From: the human T2T-CHM13v2.0 reference genome, Homo sapiens
NCBI RefSeq assembly: GCF_009914755.1
Contig: NC_060928.1
DNA length: 64,000 nt
Direction: 5' to 3' (one strand)
Positions 41,661 through 59,134 of the stretch are shown here, in pieces (the first letter of the stretch is position 1; every line of letters begins with the position of its first letter). The notes under the pieces were generated by a model. It did not search any database. It was given only the letters and a program-made list of their open reading frames with translations, and was not told where the DNA came from. The position numbers and the translations under genes are program-made.

Positions 41661-44488
41661 TATGAGGCCAGAAAAAGATCAGAATAAGAGAATGTGCTCC
41701 ACAGCCATCAATTCCCCCAGGATTCCTTGTGTTCTCTTCTCTATTCTGAACATAATCTGTGGCAATACAGTTGGGATAGGACCAGTGAACAAAAGAGCAA
41801 GATGTGGTTGCAGCCAATCAACTCCTGCCCACTGTGCTTGAAGCTGTGTCTTATGGTGGGCATTGTTCATTTGGTAAAATCACTTGCTTTCACACTCTGT
41901 ATGAATTCATACCAGGCTTCTCACTGGGCATGTTTTTATGTTAATCCGCTGTCCTTTCTGTGAAAAAGGAAGAAAACTGGGCTCACTATGTTAACAATCT
42001 TCATGCTACCTACCCAGATCTCATGTATGTGAATAGTAGAAAAAAGTCTTTCCCCAGAAGTTTTATTTTGGCAGTTTTCTTTCAAGTACATCACAGAGTA
42101 CCTACTTAAATATAATCTAGGTAAACATTAGTGTTTCATCTTCTGCCAATTGAAATTCAGAGCAGTTGTAATAGGAACTGAAGGACCAAATGCTCAGTGT
42201 GTCTTGAGCACCCTACTGAGAGGATCCAAGCACACAGTGACTTTTGAAGTCACTGTGGGCTCTAGGCTCTAATCATTACCTTGGGAGGTGTTAAAGAGAT
42301 GAGAATGGGCCCCATGGATGCTTTTAACTGGTGTTATTATCATTCATAGGAGAAATCACTGGATATATATCCCTGAAGTAAAACTGAACAATTAAACAGA
42401 AGCCTGGCTAGAAAGCATCAAGAAATCACAGGGTATATTCTGATTTATAGGAGATCAGAAAAAGAAATATTTTATCATTCAATAAAAAAATTAAAACATC
42501 CCTAAAACTCAAATCCTTTGCAAGGTTCAGGTAATATATCCACCACCATGTTTTATTGTAAACTAAGTTCAACCAATGTCAGCTCAATAAATAATAATTA
42601 AAAAATTCTCCTTCTGGGAGCATATTACAAAAATATTTCTATTTTATTTTTATATATCATATAAATCCTATATTATATTGCTATTTTTATAAAATCCTAG
42701 GACAGTGCTGAAAAGAATGTGACAAGAAATTGTTTATAAAACAATATATCTGAGAATTGTTTTTCACAAGATACATTATTTGAATTTTTAAAGGATCAAG
42801 TTGTTTAAATATTTGTTTGTGCCCTGAATTTAGTTTTCGAGTTCCCCTTAAGGAAAGATGCTTGGAAATAATTTAATCAAAATAGAGTAGTGCTTTTTAT
42901 AGTTGCCTTTTGATCATATGTGGTCATTCAGTAGACATAATATGTATATAAAATATCACCTTCTTATTTTAACAATAAATCTGATCTCCCTCACCAAATG
43001 ATTTTTCTATAGTTCTAAAAAGTAACATTTACATGAGTAGCTGGCTTTCATTAGGTTATATTTGAAAGGATTACAAGAAATGAAAGGGCCAAAATACAAA
43101 GAATTCCAGTAAGGCAAAAAGAAGCTTTCAAAGGCTCCTCCAGGTCTATGGAAGTTTTAGCAACGCTTATAATAGTAAAGCAAATGATCTGTACAAACTC
43201 TGGAGCCAAAAGCCAGGCCAACCTCTCTCAAAGCAAATATATCTTCAATGAAAATAGGAGTTGTTAGGAAGAGGGAAAGAATAAAGCATGCCAGGACAGC
43301 AAGCAAGGGTGTCGAGTATGCTTCACATCTTTGCCTAATTTCCATCTGTATCCTGCTTCCTAAACACATGTACTAACCCTCCCCCTTGAAACATCTTGGC
43401 TACCTCCCAGACATAAATTTATTGCACTGAGATCTGAGTCCAGCATTTCTGGTTGATGGCAGTTCCATTAGTTCTGCACTGAACTCTTGATACCCTAGCA
43501 AACGAGATAAATAAGTTACTCAATTCTAATGTACTTTAATACTATTCAATAAAGTTTTTCCTTCCATCATGAGAAAAATGGGAAACAACACACAGTAATG
43601 ACTGATGAACATCACATATCATCTCCTCCCGGTAAAAAGCCTCAAGCAATTTCTGCTTAAGAAATCGAATAGAATTCCTTGAATGACCAATTTGGTAGCA
43701 TTGGTTCTAATTTTGGTGAGGAACTTCTTCATTCATTGTCTTAATGATCCCTATCTTCCAACATTGAGGAAAACTTTTGTCAATTTTATTTCATGGGAAT
43801 GACCAAAATCAACATTGGCGAGGCCACCTAGTGGGGCCATATTTTTCTATCATCCCACTTTCTGTTAGTGCAAATTTAGGAGCTTAGGATGTGCTCAATT
43901 AAGCAATCAAAAGTTGTCAGTGAGCAGGCTTATGTTTTTAAATAAATATATCTTATTTAAAGTTGCAGCTGGCTCTATCCCTATTTATATCTGGCCAATT
44001 CCACAGTCTAGTAATCAAAACCAGAGATTATATTTAATCATAATCTGTGCGCCTAGAACTAGCGTTGGATACTTTTCTCTCTTAGTCAATGGCATTGATC
44101 TTCTGTGTGCTGTATATTCACCTGGATCTTTTCAAAGTGGTCTGCCCCTAGAACAATTTGAAGTAGTGATTAGATTGGTAAAAACATGGATATTTATATC
44201 CTTGTCCTAATTCCATATTTTGGTTGCCTTTCTGCAATGTGAATAGTTACCTACTTTATCAAACTACATTATCTTAGGATAATTATCTTGGGTGACATCA
44301 GTGGAGTCATATATTTCTTAGTCCCTTGTACTTTCTCCTACTGTCTCCCAATTAATCTTGTCACCAGCCCACTGTAGGGAATTAAGCTTGTCTGACTATT
44401 CAAGTATCCAAATTATCAGACTCTTGGTAAATTTGGATTGTAGACCGAAAGCAGGATAAGTCTTGTCAACACTTTTTTTTTTCTTTTC

Positions 44489-44905
44489 TGTCATGGTTTG
44501 AATGTTTGTGCCCGCTCCACAATTCACATGGAAACTTAATCTCCAAAGCAACAGTATTAAAAGGTGGGGTTTTCAGGAGGTGATTAAATCATGGGGTCTG
44601 GTCCCTTGTGAATGACATTAAGGCCCTTATGAAAAAGGCTTTAGGCACCATTAGGCTTTTTTGTCCTTCAGCCCTATTGCCTTTCCACCTTGTCCCATGT
44701 AAGGACACAATGTTCATCCCCTGTGAAGGCCACAGAAACAAGGTACCATTCTGGAAGAAGATAAGGGGCCCTCATGAAACATCACAGCTGCTGACACTTT
44801 GATGCTAGATTTCCCAGACTCCAGAACTTTGAGAAAATAAAATTTTATTGTATAAATTATTCAGTCTGTGGTATTTTGCTATAGCAACACAAATAGATTA
44901 AAACA
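44489..44905 (+). mobile_element. MSTD/MLT1A-like MaLR LTR
   Basis: tgtcatggtttgaatgtttgtg...ttcccagactccagaact...gtctgtggtattttgctatagca. Confidence 0.88.
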
Positions 44906-44948
44906 TTTCTTTTTATTCTTTCAGAAGACACTTTCAATAAAATCTTGC

Positions 44949-45649
44949 TTTTTTTAATACAAATTTGTTGGATACCTGTGCAATTTTGTTACATGCGTAG
45001 ATTGCATAGTGGTCAAGTTTGAGCTTTTAGGATATCCATCACCAAAACAACATGAATTATACCCATTAACCAATTTCCCATAATCCGACCCCCTTCTACC
45101 CCCTCACGCAAGTCTTGATTATCTATCATTTCACTCTCTATGTCCCTGTAAACTCATTTATTAGCACCCACTTATGCATGAAGACATTTGATGTTTGGCT
45201 GTCTGTACCTGCCTTGATTCATTTTAGATAATGGCCTCCAGTTCCATTCATGTTGCTTCAGAAAGAAATGGTTTAATTGTTTTTTATGACTGAATAGCAA
45301 CTCATTGTGTATATGTACTGCATTTTTAATGCAATCATCCACTGATGAATGTTTAGACTCATTCATATCTTTGCTATTGTGCTACAATAAACATATAAGT
45401 GCAGGTGTATTTTTGATATATTACTTTATTTTCCTTTGGGTAAATATCCAGTAGTACACTAGATTGAAGTGTAGTTATATTTTTAGTTCCTTGAGAAGGC
45501 TGTATTAAATACATACCACCAACAGTGTATAAGAGTTCCCTTTTCTCCACATCCTTGACAATATTATTTTGTCTTTTTATTGATAGTTATTCTAACTGGA
45601 GTAAAATGATATCTCATTGTAGTTTTGATTTCCATGTCCCTGATGATTA
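44949..45649 (-). mobile_element. L1PB (PB3/PB4-like) 3' end, host element
   Basis: gtgcaattttgttacatgcgtagattgcatagtggtcaagt 3' UTR and ORF2 C-terminal region. Confidence 0.8.
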
Positions 45650-48326
<2,677 letters not shown>

Positions 48327-48724
48327 GGTTACCCACAAAGGGAAGCCCATCAGACTAACAGCAGATCTCTCAGCAGAAACTCTACAAGCCAGACGGGAGT
48401 GGGGGCCAATATTCAACATTCTTAAAGAAAAGAATTTTCAACCCACAATTTCATATCCAGCCAAACTAAGCTTCATAACTGAAGAAGAAATAAAATCCTT
48501 TACAGACAAGCAAATGCCAAGAGATTTTGTCACCACCAGGCCTGCCTTACAAGAGCTCCTGAAGGAAGCACTCAACATGGAAAGGAACAACTGCTACCAG
48601 CCATTGCAAAAACATGCCAAATTGTGAAGACCATCAATGCTAGGAAGAAACTGTGTCAACTAATGAGCAAAATAACCAGCTAACATCATAATGACAGGAT
48701 CAAATTCACACATAAGAATATTAA
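48327..48724 (+). mobile_element. Inverted 5' segment of the same L1PA (ORF1 C-terminus, spacer, ORF2 start)
   Basis: aaagggaagcccatcagactaaca...catgccaaattg...atgacaggatcaaattcacacataagaatattaa. Confidence 0.95.
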
Positions 48725-49890
48725 GCTTCTTGTATACTCTTATCATATGAATGATTTGCAAATATTTTCTCTCATTTGAAAGGTTGTCCCTTCACTCTGT
48801 TATTTTATTTCATTGCTTTGCAGAAGCTTTTTAATGTAGTTTCACTGGTCTATTTTTGTTTTAGTTGTCTACGCTTTTGAGGTCTTTAGTCATAAATTCT
48901 TTGCCTAGACCAATGTCCAGAAGAGTTTTCCCTAGGTTTTCTTCAAAAGTGTTTATAGTTTTCAGTCCTACATGTAAGTCCTTAATCCATCTTGAGTTAA
49001 CTTTTTTTTTGTATATGGTAAAAGATAGGGGTTTGGTTTCATTCTTCTGCACATGACTATTCAATTTTCCCGGCATTATTTGTTGAAGAGGGTGTTTTTC
49101 TCCAATGCATGTTCTTCTTGTCATTGTGAAAAATCAGTTGGTTGTAAATAAGCAGTTTATTTCTGCGTTCTCTATTCTGTTCCATTAATCTATGTGTCTG
49201 TTCTTATACCAGTATCGTACTGTTGGTTACAATAGCCTTGCAATGTAATTTGAAGTCAGTTAATGTGATGCCTCTAGCATTGTACTTTTGCTCATGAATG
49301 TTTTGGCTCTTATGGCTTTTTTTTTTTTTGGTACCATATGAATTTTATAATGGTTTTACTAAATCTGTGAAAAATGATGTAATTATTTTGATAGAGATTA
49401 CATTGAATCTGTAGATTGATTTGGGCAGTATAGTCATTTCAACTATCTTAATTCTTCAAATCCATGAGCATGGAATATTTTTCCTTTGGTTTGTATTATC
49501 TTCAATTTGTTTCATCAGTGTTCTGTGGTTTTCCTTGTAGAGATCTTTCACCTCCTTGATTAAATGTATTCGTAGCTATTTATTTTATTTTATTTTATTT
49601 TATTTTATTTTATTTTATTTTATTTTATTTTATTTTATTGTTAGCTATTGTAAATGAGATTGCCTTCTTGATTTCTCTCTCAGCTAGATCATTATTGGTG
49701 TACTAAAAGGCTACTGATTTTTGTATGTTGATTTTGCATCCTGAAGCTTTACTGAATTGATTTATCAACTCTAAGAATTTTTTGGTGGAGTCTAGGTTTT
49801 TCTAGATATAGGATCATATCATTAGCAAACAGGTATACTTTGACTTGTTCTTTTCCAGTTTGGATGCCTTTTATTTCTATCTTTGCTAGA
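48725..49890 (-). mobile_element. L1PB ORF2, continuation of the host element
   Basis: ctttgcctagaccaatgtccagaagagttttccctagg; peptide [20 protein letters not shown]. Confidence 0.88.
49577..49639. repeat. (ATTTT)n pentanucleotide repeat, about 12 units
   Basis: Seen directly inside the L1PB. Confidence 0.95.
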
Positions 49891-51279
49891 CTACACAAGC
49901 TTTTCTCTTTAATTGTAGAGATTCCAGCATTCTAACTTTTTGACTCATTTCCCCTAATGTTGGAGCATTGGTAGGCACATGATCTAATGTCCACAGGAAA
50001 AACAGAAATCATTTAACCATTTGTTAGTAACTAAATAAATATTCTACATTCCTCACCTGTTATATTCTAACAGAATTCAGGAAATTCAATATTTTAGAGT
50101 CAGTTACTTGTGAAACCCCATTATTGGTAATCAAAATGTTATCAGTTATATCTTTTTGGTTGAAAAATAATTTTTACAAGTGAAATCAAACTAGTAAAAT
50201 ATACAAGGAAATTATTTCCCCACATTATTGAAAATGTCAATTGATTCACATCGTAAGGACTCTATACCTGAGGTATGTGTATATGCGTGTATGTGTATGC
50301 ACATGTGTGCATGACTATCTTGGTTCTATCTTCCTCGCCAGTCATATTTGTCCTCAAATCTTGGAGGCAAAATGAATACAATGTTTCTAGGCTTTAAAAG
50401 TAACATAAAACACTCTCCAGAGGAAGAGAGGGGGACTGTATCTTAGCTTTCTCATCTAAAGTCATGAAATATTACTCATATTGGGTTTATCAGATCAAAG
50501 GGTATACTGTGCACATTTATTTAAGTACTTCTCTTAAATAGAGGAAGTACTTCAAGTATGTATCTCACCTGTGCATCAAGAGACACTGTCATAAATTTTA
50601 TAAATAATACATTTTCAGCATACATGGGCTCTTAGGAAGGAAAAGAGAGGGAAAGATTGAGTACATTTCCATTTTTTGTTGCACCTCAATAAATAGCCAG
50701 GTAAAACAAAGTATACATTGAATGAATTATCAAAGCCTCATTGAAATAAAATTTTGGTTATGTTACCCACAGTGTTAAGTCATTTTCCAAAAAATTACAT
50801 TCTCAAAAATTAGTTTTCATAGTGAAACTTAATGTGAGGGTGGACTCCATTACACTGGACTACAGAAAGTTAGTTTTAGTAAATAATTTTATTAAAGCAA
50901 AAAATTTGATCACTGATTATTCAAGACATTTCTCCTAAACAATATTAGTTAATCTCATGCAAGCTCAGACAGATGCTTTATCACATAACTTTGGAAAAGA
51001 TATTAGATCACACACTCTGCTTGCTTGTCTTTTAAAGATCTTGATCTGATTTATGGTTTCCAGTACTTGCAAACTTTCATTCCTTAAATAAATATATAAG
51101 CCCCATGCTAAATGTTCCAACCACATTGAGCCCACAGTTTTGAGGTATCACTGTGATTTTATTCACTGACACTCTCAGAAAGGGATCTTAAAAGTAAATG
51201 TTCAAAAAAGCTGAAGCCAGACTGGAACACAGAGCCTGTTCAGCTTATCTTCTCATAGCACTAATTTTAATAGTAAACA

Positions 51280-51475
51280 TATGTCCCTTGTTGGATGTGT
51301 GAATTCATATCACTTGAGTTTATCTCTAGGTATAGTATTTCCGGCTCAGAAGGTATGAATATATTCTGACGTAGTAGATAAAACTAAACTATTTTACAAG
51401 TGATTATGCCATTTTATACACCCATCAGCAATTTATGAGAGTTCTAGTTGCTCAACATCACTGTCGATTTGGGAT
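51280..51475 (-). mobile_element. Old L1MC/ME ORF2 fragment
   Basis: ccattttatacacccatcagcaatttatgagagttctagttgctcaacatc. Confidence 0.7.
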
Positions 51476-53375
51476 TATGAGACTAACCACCCTACGAGAA
51501 AAGGATTTTGGCTTAGCCTCCATTTATTCATTTTCATAATGAGCTTATCAGATGGGTGTTGTGTGAAAATATTTTTCAGGAACGGGCACAAGAAAATAAA
51601 TCAGTGAATATTAGTTATAACAAAATTCTAATTAAAAATAGCCAAAACAACATGCCCAAATAGTATTCCCTAGCCAGGGGTGATCTTTTATTTCATCGCA
51701 TTTAACTGTTAATATATTCATTTGATTCTCTTTAGTGTTATAATGAAGAAGCAGTGATATCCTTTGGAACTGGAAAAATAGGTGTGCATTTTTAAATTAA
51801 ACGATTTCACCTTGATAAAGTGAGAATTATTCACATAAAAAGAAGCTCTCCCATAGTGATAAAGTCATTATCCTTAATGTGGTACTCCAGAAATATCCTC
51901 ATAGAGCGTGTGCTTCTGGAGTGGGCCTTCCAGATCAGGAAGGAATTTATGGTGTTGTATCAGAGAAGGCTTTCCTGCTGGAAAACAGAGCACTATGAAT
52001 GGGGAGACGACAGTATTGTGAGCAGATGGAATTAACATTGGAGCGAAAAACAAGGTCTGACTTAGATTCACGAATACTCCACAAAAGAATACCATTTTCC
52101 TCTACCTGCAGATTTTCTTCTGGAAACAAAAGCAAGGTTTATTTCCAATATTTTACTCCAAACATTCAAACAAACAACGTATAAGCAGCATGCCTACAGA
52201 GGAACACGTGTTGTTCTGTTTTGTTTTTAACCTATTAGGTTTTTTAATTACAAATACATTTTACAAAAATAACTGCAATTTTCCAAACTATTAAATTGGG
52301 ATTTTTCTCTAGTATTTCATTCTGTTGGTTTTACCATTAATTCCTCTGAGTGAGTCCTTTCTAGGCTCTTCTCAGCCCCTGGCAAGTAGGAGTACTCAAA
52401 CATGAAATCAATCGGACTTTTAGAAATACGTTCCTGAGGAAATCCACTTGCTATTTCTATTTTTTTCTGGCAGGACGGCATTGTTTTCTCTCAGGCTGCT
52501 GGATGCTGTCTAAGTGTTCCAGATAATCTTTTCATTTTACAATCTGTTAAATGTATTAAAGAATAAACTCACAACTTAAGGGTTATTGCAAAGTTGAAGA
52601 GATGACAACACAACATACTAAGTGGTTAAAGGTTCATTTGAAATTCAGGATGAATGGAAGTACACTAAATTCACAGTGATTATCCATATATCTTCCATTC
52701 AGTCCAGAAGTGCCTAGAGTCTCTGTTAAAAAAATACACTATGGTTCAGGAACAATATCTGTTTTAAGCCAATGACAACTAAACTCCCCAAACTAAAATT
52801 TAAAATTTGCCATTTCAATATTACCAGCATAATTCACAGTATCAAGTCAGTATACAGAATCTCATGGCTTGAAGGTAGGTTGAGAAAGCATAGAACACCT
52901 CTTAGTGCCCAGTTATGGTTTCTTCTGTCGTCATAAAATGCAAAGTACATATATGCAAAGATTGATGTGTTAGTTTCTTCTTTTGCTCAATTCAAAAACT
53001 AGGGGCCACCCTCCTCAATCCTCAAATACAATGAAGCCAATAAATGTGAATTCACCATTATGAACACGAATATTAAAACATTACTTAGAAATACAAATAA
53101 TTGATGTTTAAAGACTTTTTCAAGATATATGGGTATAAATTCAGCATAAGAAAGTAATAACTTAATAATTTAAATAATGGTTAACAAATAACATCGGAGT
53201 CAGTCTGCACTGCCTCTCACAGGCATGGGATATTTGGAAGTTTCCAAAACATTCTAAGTCTTGATTTCTACATCAGTAAAATGATATCCATTTTATTGGT
53301 GTCACAGTGTTAAAATTAAATTTTAAAATTAAAATTATTTTCACATATACAGTCTCATATAAAATAGAAATGTAA

Positions 53376-53672
53376 GACCTAGTACAGTGGCTCACACCTG
53401 TAATCCCAACAACTGTGAAGGCTAAGGTGGGACACGATCACTTGAGGCCATGATTTTGAGACCAGCCTGGGCAACATAGTGAGACTCTGTCTCTATAAAA
53501 AATAAAAATATTACTGGACATGGTGAGGCATTCCTGTAGGCACAGCTTCTCAGGAGGCTGAAGTGAGAGGATCGCTTGAGTCCAGGAGTTCAAGACTACA
53601 GTGAGCTAGGAGGACATCACTGCACTCCAGCCTGGGTGAGAAAGCAAGAATCTATCTTTACATAAAATAAAA
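53376..53672 (+). mobile_element. AluJ (Jo-like), followed by a (TA)/(CA) microsatellite to about 53775
   Basis: ggatcgcttgagtccaggagttcaagactacagtgagcta J-type pattern. Confidence 0.92.
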
Positions 53673-54433
53673 CTATATATATATACACACACAAATATAT
53701 ATAAATATATACACACACACATATATATGCATATCTCATATGTAAATGCAAGTATATATTATGCATACACACATATCTTTTGCAGATTTAAAGCTTTATA
53801 CAAATTTAACTCTGAATTTTTCCAACACCGCTAGATAATTCATACATGGTGATGTCTTCTAGTTTAGGCAACAGGCTTTCTAAACAATGTGCCATTATAA
53901 CCAGACATGCATGACAGTGTCGTAGTGTAACTAAATGTGTCTTATAGATAGATATACCTCAAGTATATAGCAATTATCCTCTGAAAAATAAACACACATT
54001 TATTTTAAGAATTATTGAATTTATAGTAATTTTATTTCCTTGTTAGCAACATGAGAAAACACTTTTCTACAAAAGTCAATTCTAAATACAATTCCTTCTA
54101 TTTGAAAAGAAAATCTTTTTTTATCTGGGTAACTTACCTTAAAAAGATAAAAATTTGGTTCTTATTAGAATGCACGGTAAGTTAAAAGCTAACTTTAACA
54201 TTTTATGGCAAATCGCAGAGCTCAGATAACTGTTTTAAATAGGTGTGCACTGTTCAGGAACCTCCTTAGGGTCAGTGTTCATCAGTTTTTTTCTTTATAT
54301 CTTCATGTCTTTCCTGGAGCTTCATATATATCAAGGCACTCATATTTGTTGAAGTGGATTGATGTGAGCTCAATTCTTAAAAGAGGAAAACAATTGTCCT
54401 CACCTGAGAAAAGTCTTGATACCTCATTTGTAA

Positions 54434-54831
<398 letters not shown>

Positions 54832-55606
54832 AACCATGCTTCTTTTATCTGCCAATATGACATTAGGAGCTAGGATGACAAAACTGTATTGTTTATGAAT
54901 AAATGAGCTTACAGTTCACTTTTAATTGGTTGACATATACCAAACGACATTTTACTTTATTCTTTGGAACTAAAAATTTGTCAACTTTAATCAGTGTTTT
55001 TCAAGGAGAGAAAAACTGGCTCCAGGCATTAGATTTTTCTATAGGAATGCAGTGTGTGGTATCCTAATGTTATTCTTGATTTGCTAAGCTCTTTGAAATT
55101 TGAGTGCCTTTATAAAGTAAAAATTGAATTTGGCTTATAAATGTGAAGCTACAACTAAAATTCCTAAGAAATGAAACAGGCTCTCATTTTGTATGTTACA
55201 AATGAATATGATATGCTTTTAATACCAAGACATGCTTTTTTTTTTAGAAACAAATGAACATAATATATTATACTGCCGTTGAAAACAATAAAAGGAAAAG
55301 GTCAGTGGGTATAATCAACAAGTTTTCTATAAAGAAAGTTTCTGTTAGCATTACAGGAAAAATAGGAACTAGAAATAAAAGTAGAGGTGGAAAATTGCTT
55401 TTGGAAAATTAGAGAGAAGTAAAAGGAATTTAAATAATTAAATCAGTCTCAGGAGCAGAATTTCTGTCTTGTTCTTACTGATCAAGGAAAATGTGGCTCT
55501 CATATGCAGAGGGTACTGAGTGTCTAGAACAATGTTTGGCCGGAGTGGGCACTCGAGGTCCCCTTCTTTCCTCAATGGATCAAATCAAACCTGCTCTACT
55601 TGTTTT

Positions 55607-55805
55607 TTGTTTGTTTGTTTTTTTTTTGAGACGGAGTCTCGCTCTGTCACCCAGGCTGGAGTGCAGTGGCGCGATCTCCGCTCACTGCAAGCTCCGCCTC
55701 CCGGGTTCAGCCATTCTCCTGCCTCAGCCTCCCGAGTAGCTGGGGAATACAGGTGCCCCGCCACCACGCCAGGTTAATTTTTTTGTATTTTTAGTAGAGA
55801 CGGGG
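55607..55805 (-). mobile_element. 5'-truncated AluY
   Basis: gcaagctccgcc and gccattctcc Y diagnostics; TSD tctact(t/g)gtttt. Confidence 0.93.
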
Positions 55806-56234
55806 TCTACTGGTTTTAACATTTCCCCACACTGTGGCCAAATCTTCTCATTCCATCTCCCCTAAGAGGAAGCTTTTATCATCTCATCTTCTCTAATCGT
55901 GTGTCATTCTAATTCTACGGCTATGTTCCTCTTTTCCAGCTCCTCTAATGGCCTGGCTTCACAACAATTAAGTTATGGAATCTAGAAGTATTCTACCAGG
56001 ATAGAAATCCAAGTGTAGTTAGATTGGATACATTCAAATGGCATGTCTGGTTAATTATGTCTAGATATAATTCTCCAAGCTGTGAGGCTAATTTTGTCAG
56101 TTTTACATAACATTAGTAGAATATGCATCTCACATTGACGGTGCAGTGATGATTTTATGTATATATATGCTCATTTCTCTTTAAGATTTATATTGTTAGG
56201 GAAAATACTCATAATTTTTGTTCTTATGTATAAC

Positions 56235-56400
56235 ACTTATTCATTTCTTTAATAAATATTCACTGAGTTTCTATTACATTCCAGACACTGTTTCAGGCAC
56301 TGGAGATTCAGAAGCACAAGAAAGGGAGTTCCAGACATTATATAGATAGGAAACACAAAATGAATGTTCATAAATCAGAATTGTAAGCACATGTTACCAA
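56235..56400 (-). mobile_element. L2 3' end
   Basis: ttcatttctttaataaatattcactgag...ccagacactgtttcaggcactggagattcag. Confidence 0.75.
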
Positions 56401-59134
56401 CATTTGTATGAGTATATTTTAAATGAATGTGCCAGTATAATTTACAAACTTCTCAGGGAAAATATGTCTCAAAATGAGGTTGATTTGTAACAAAATATAA
56501 ATATAGATTCTATATAATATTAAAATCTTTGACCGACTTCTTTATACATGTGAACAGATTGATCTTTTTTTGATATTCCGGTTATTGAAGACAATTAAAA
56601 ATGATAGTTCTGTCATTGTGTTTGGTTGCATAGTTTCATTACTAGTTTCATTTTTCAATTCACAGTTCATGTTCAGAAATATTTAATCTACTTGTCTAAT
56701 TTGTAAAAGACAAGTAACTAAGACAAAATAATTGATAAATCCACGAACTTTGGCACAAAGAAACTGTGACATGTCAAATGCTGATGAAAACAAACGAGAG
56801 AGGTAAGCCACGGACAATCATAATTGTGCTATGTTCACAGCTGGGTCACCAGAAGCAAAAGCCACTGTACAGACATGGTCATCTGACAATGAGCTATATA
56901 TAGGGCACATTTCTATCTGTGAATGAAATGTTAGTGAAACCTAATTCCTCTCTTATTCTTATGGGGAAATTAAGTATAAGCAACAGTTCTATTGTCTCTT
57001 TGTGTGCCCCATCAAAGCATTACCCTATGTTAGAGACCACTATTCCAGACCAGGAAATTATTTATGGTTTTATCATTATTAATAGATTATAGTTGTCTTG
57101 ACAAGATCTCTGTAGGAGTTTCTGCCTGCAATCCAGATAGCTGCCAACGAAAGATATGGTATACTGCATGGTTACACAAACCTTCTTTTATTGTTGATAT
57201 CGTAAACCCTCAGAATTTAAATGTCAAACATTTTCTAGTAAAATAAACCTATTTTTAAATATGTAATATAAAACACATAAAGTTTTTGGTAGTGAAAAAT
57301 ATAGTTCAAAAGTGAACTGACGTCTGGTTCCAGCTCTACCCTTATTCCTTTGAACTTAAATCTTTGTGCCATCATGTGATCAATGTCATAGAATGTTAAA
57401 TTATTGAACTTAAATAGTTAAATTTTAAACTGTCCTCATGATGCCATAATTTAAAAAGAAAGATAAATAAGCAAAAATAATTTTCTAATATAGTCACTGG
57501 ACTTATCTACTAAAATCCATCTACTCTAGGTAATTACTTGAGATAGCAATTCATATATGAATATTATTTATATGATCATATATTTATTTCTCTCTCTCAC
57601 TGTGTAGATAATACATTACATATAAATAATATAATGTCTTAAATTACTTTGAATTATAAGTTAAGGTATTCTATATGGAATAAACAGCTGTTTTAAATAT
57701 TCAATAATGTAATTATGTACAATTATTCACAATTACCCTTTCATATTTTGAAAAATGTCAATTTTCAATGAAATATATAAGTATATATGTATATATATAG
57801 TGTTTTATAAACTCAATTTTAAAAGTTGTATAAAGTATGCAAAAGAAATAGGCAATGATTTTAGTGTTACTTCTATATGATGTTATTAAGGGTGGCTTTT
57901 TCTACATCTCCATTTTATTCTATACTTTCAAAATTTACTAAATGAATATGAGTTACTTGGATCACACAAAAGCAAACGGAAAGAAAAATTAGCCAATGTG
58001 GCTATAGAGTAGAGACAAACGTTTATCTAACCAAGTTTTGTTTAGGTATAGAATTTCTTCCCACTTAATTCAAAAACTAACTGCAACTTTATTTAAGACA
58101 TGCAATTTGTCAGATGTTTCATTTAGTGCTACATAAAATTGATTTTCTGAAGTAAATACTCACAACAATCATTTTTCTTTGTAGTGCATAACTTTCATAC
58201 CAATTCATGTTTATAAAGGCAAAGTTTAAAATTTGAATAACGTTTGAGGTTAGGCAGGCTTTATAAATGTACGAAGAAGCTGATTTAACACAAAAGGGAA
58301 TGGTTGGGGACCCTGGAAAACTGGAGAGTGCATGACCTGCCTAAGGACATTCTCTTAAAACTGTCAATACTTTACTAGCTGAAGGAAACATGTCCACAGG
58401 CGGAGTTCAGATCATAGGATAAAATTTGCAATCAGTAATTACAAACTCAACTTTATTCTTAACAAGACATAATGGAAATAAACATGAAAACTGGAGGTGA
58501 ATTTCACCATTATCATGGTGAAAAATTATGCAAAATGATTAAATAAATAACAAATATAAAGAAATGTATTAATGGTCACAAGCAGGAATCTCATGTACAC
58601 ATATATAGAATTTATTTATATAAACTTTAATTGCAGCATTAAATGTGAATGAAAATATAAATTAAGAATTACAATTTGCTCAAGCTTGATAAAGTTGCTT
58701 TCCAGAGTTATGTGACCATTGAACCAAGAAAGATTTTTATAGCCTCAATTGGCTGCAGGCATTAGGTCCCTTTAATGTGACATTAATCTCACTTGGTTTC
58801 TACACTAGCCCTGACGAGGTAAGAAATCTATCTAGAGGCTGCAACTTGCCACTTTCTAGAATTGTTTTGTGAAATTCGTGCTCCTTTCCTTCAATCTCTG
58901 CGAGTTTGATCAAGATTCCTGTTTAGATCCACAATTATCCACTGTCTTGATGGCTGAAATGTTGACCACTTGGCTGTACCTCTGGTATCCAAACTATTCT
59001 TCCCACCCTCAACTTTGAATACTGGATGGTCTTCTCCACACACGTAAGTGCCCAGCTAGCATTCTGCTCAAGAGGCCTAGCTTATTGCCATGATATCCTT
59101 TCTTTTCTCATTTGAACATTGTCCACTTTACATT

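Noticed and set aside
50523-50552. Imperfect 12-bp hairpin aagtacttctct/agaggaagtactt
   Set aside because: It is bulged and built on a self-palindromic AT-rich core, so plausible by chance.
51820-52184. Cluster of overlapping ORFs with higher GC
   Set aside because: It resembles a decayed L2 segment (ggagtgggccttc...ggaattt), and the peptides are unrecognisable.
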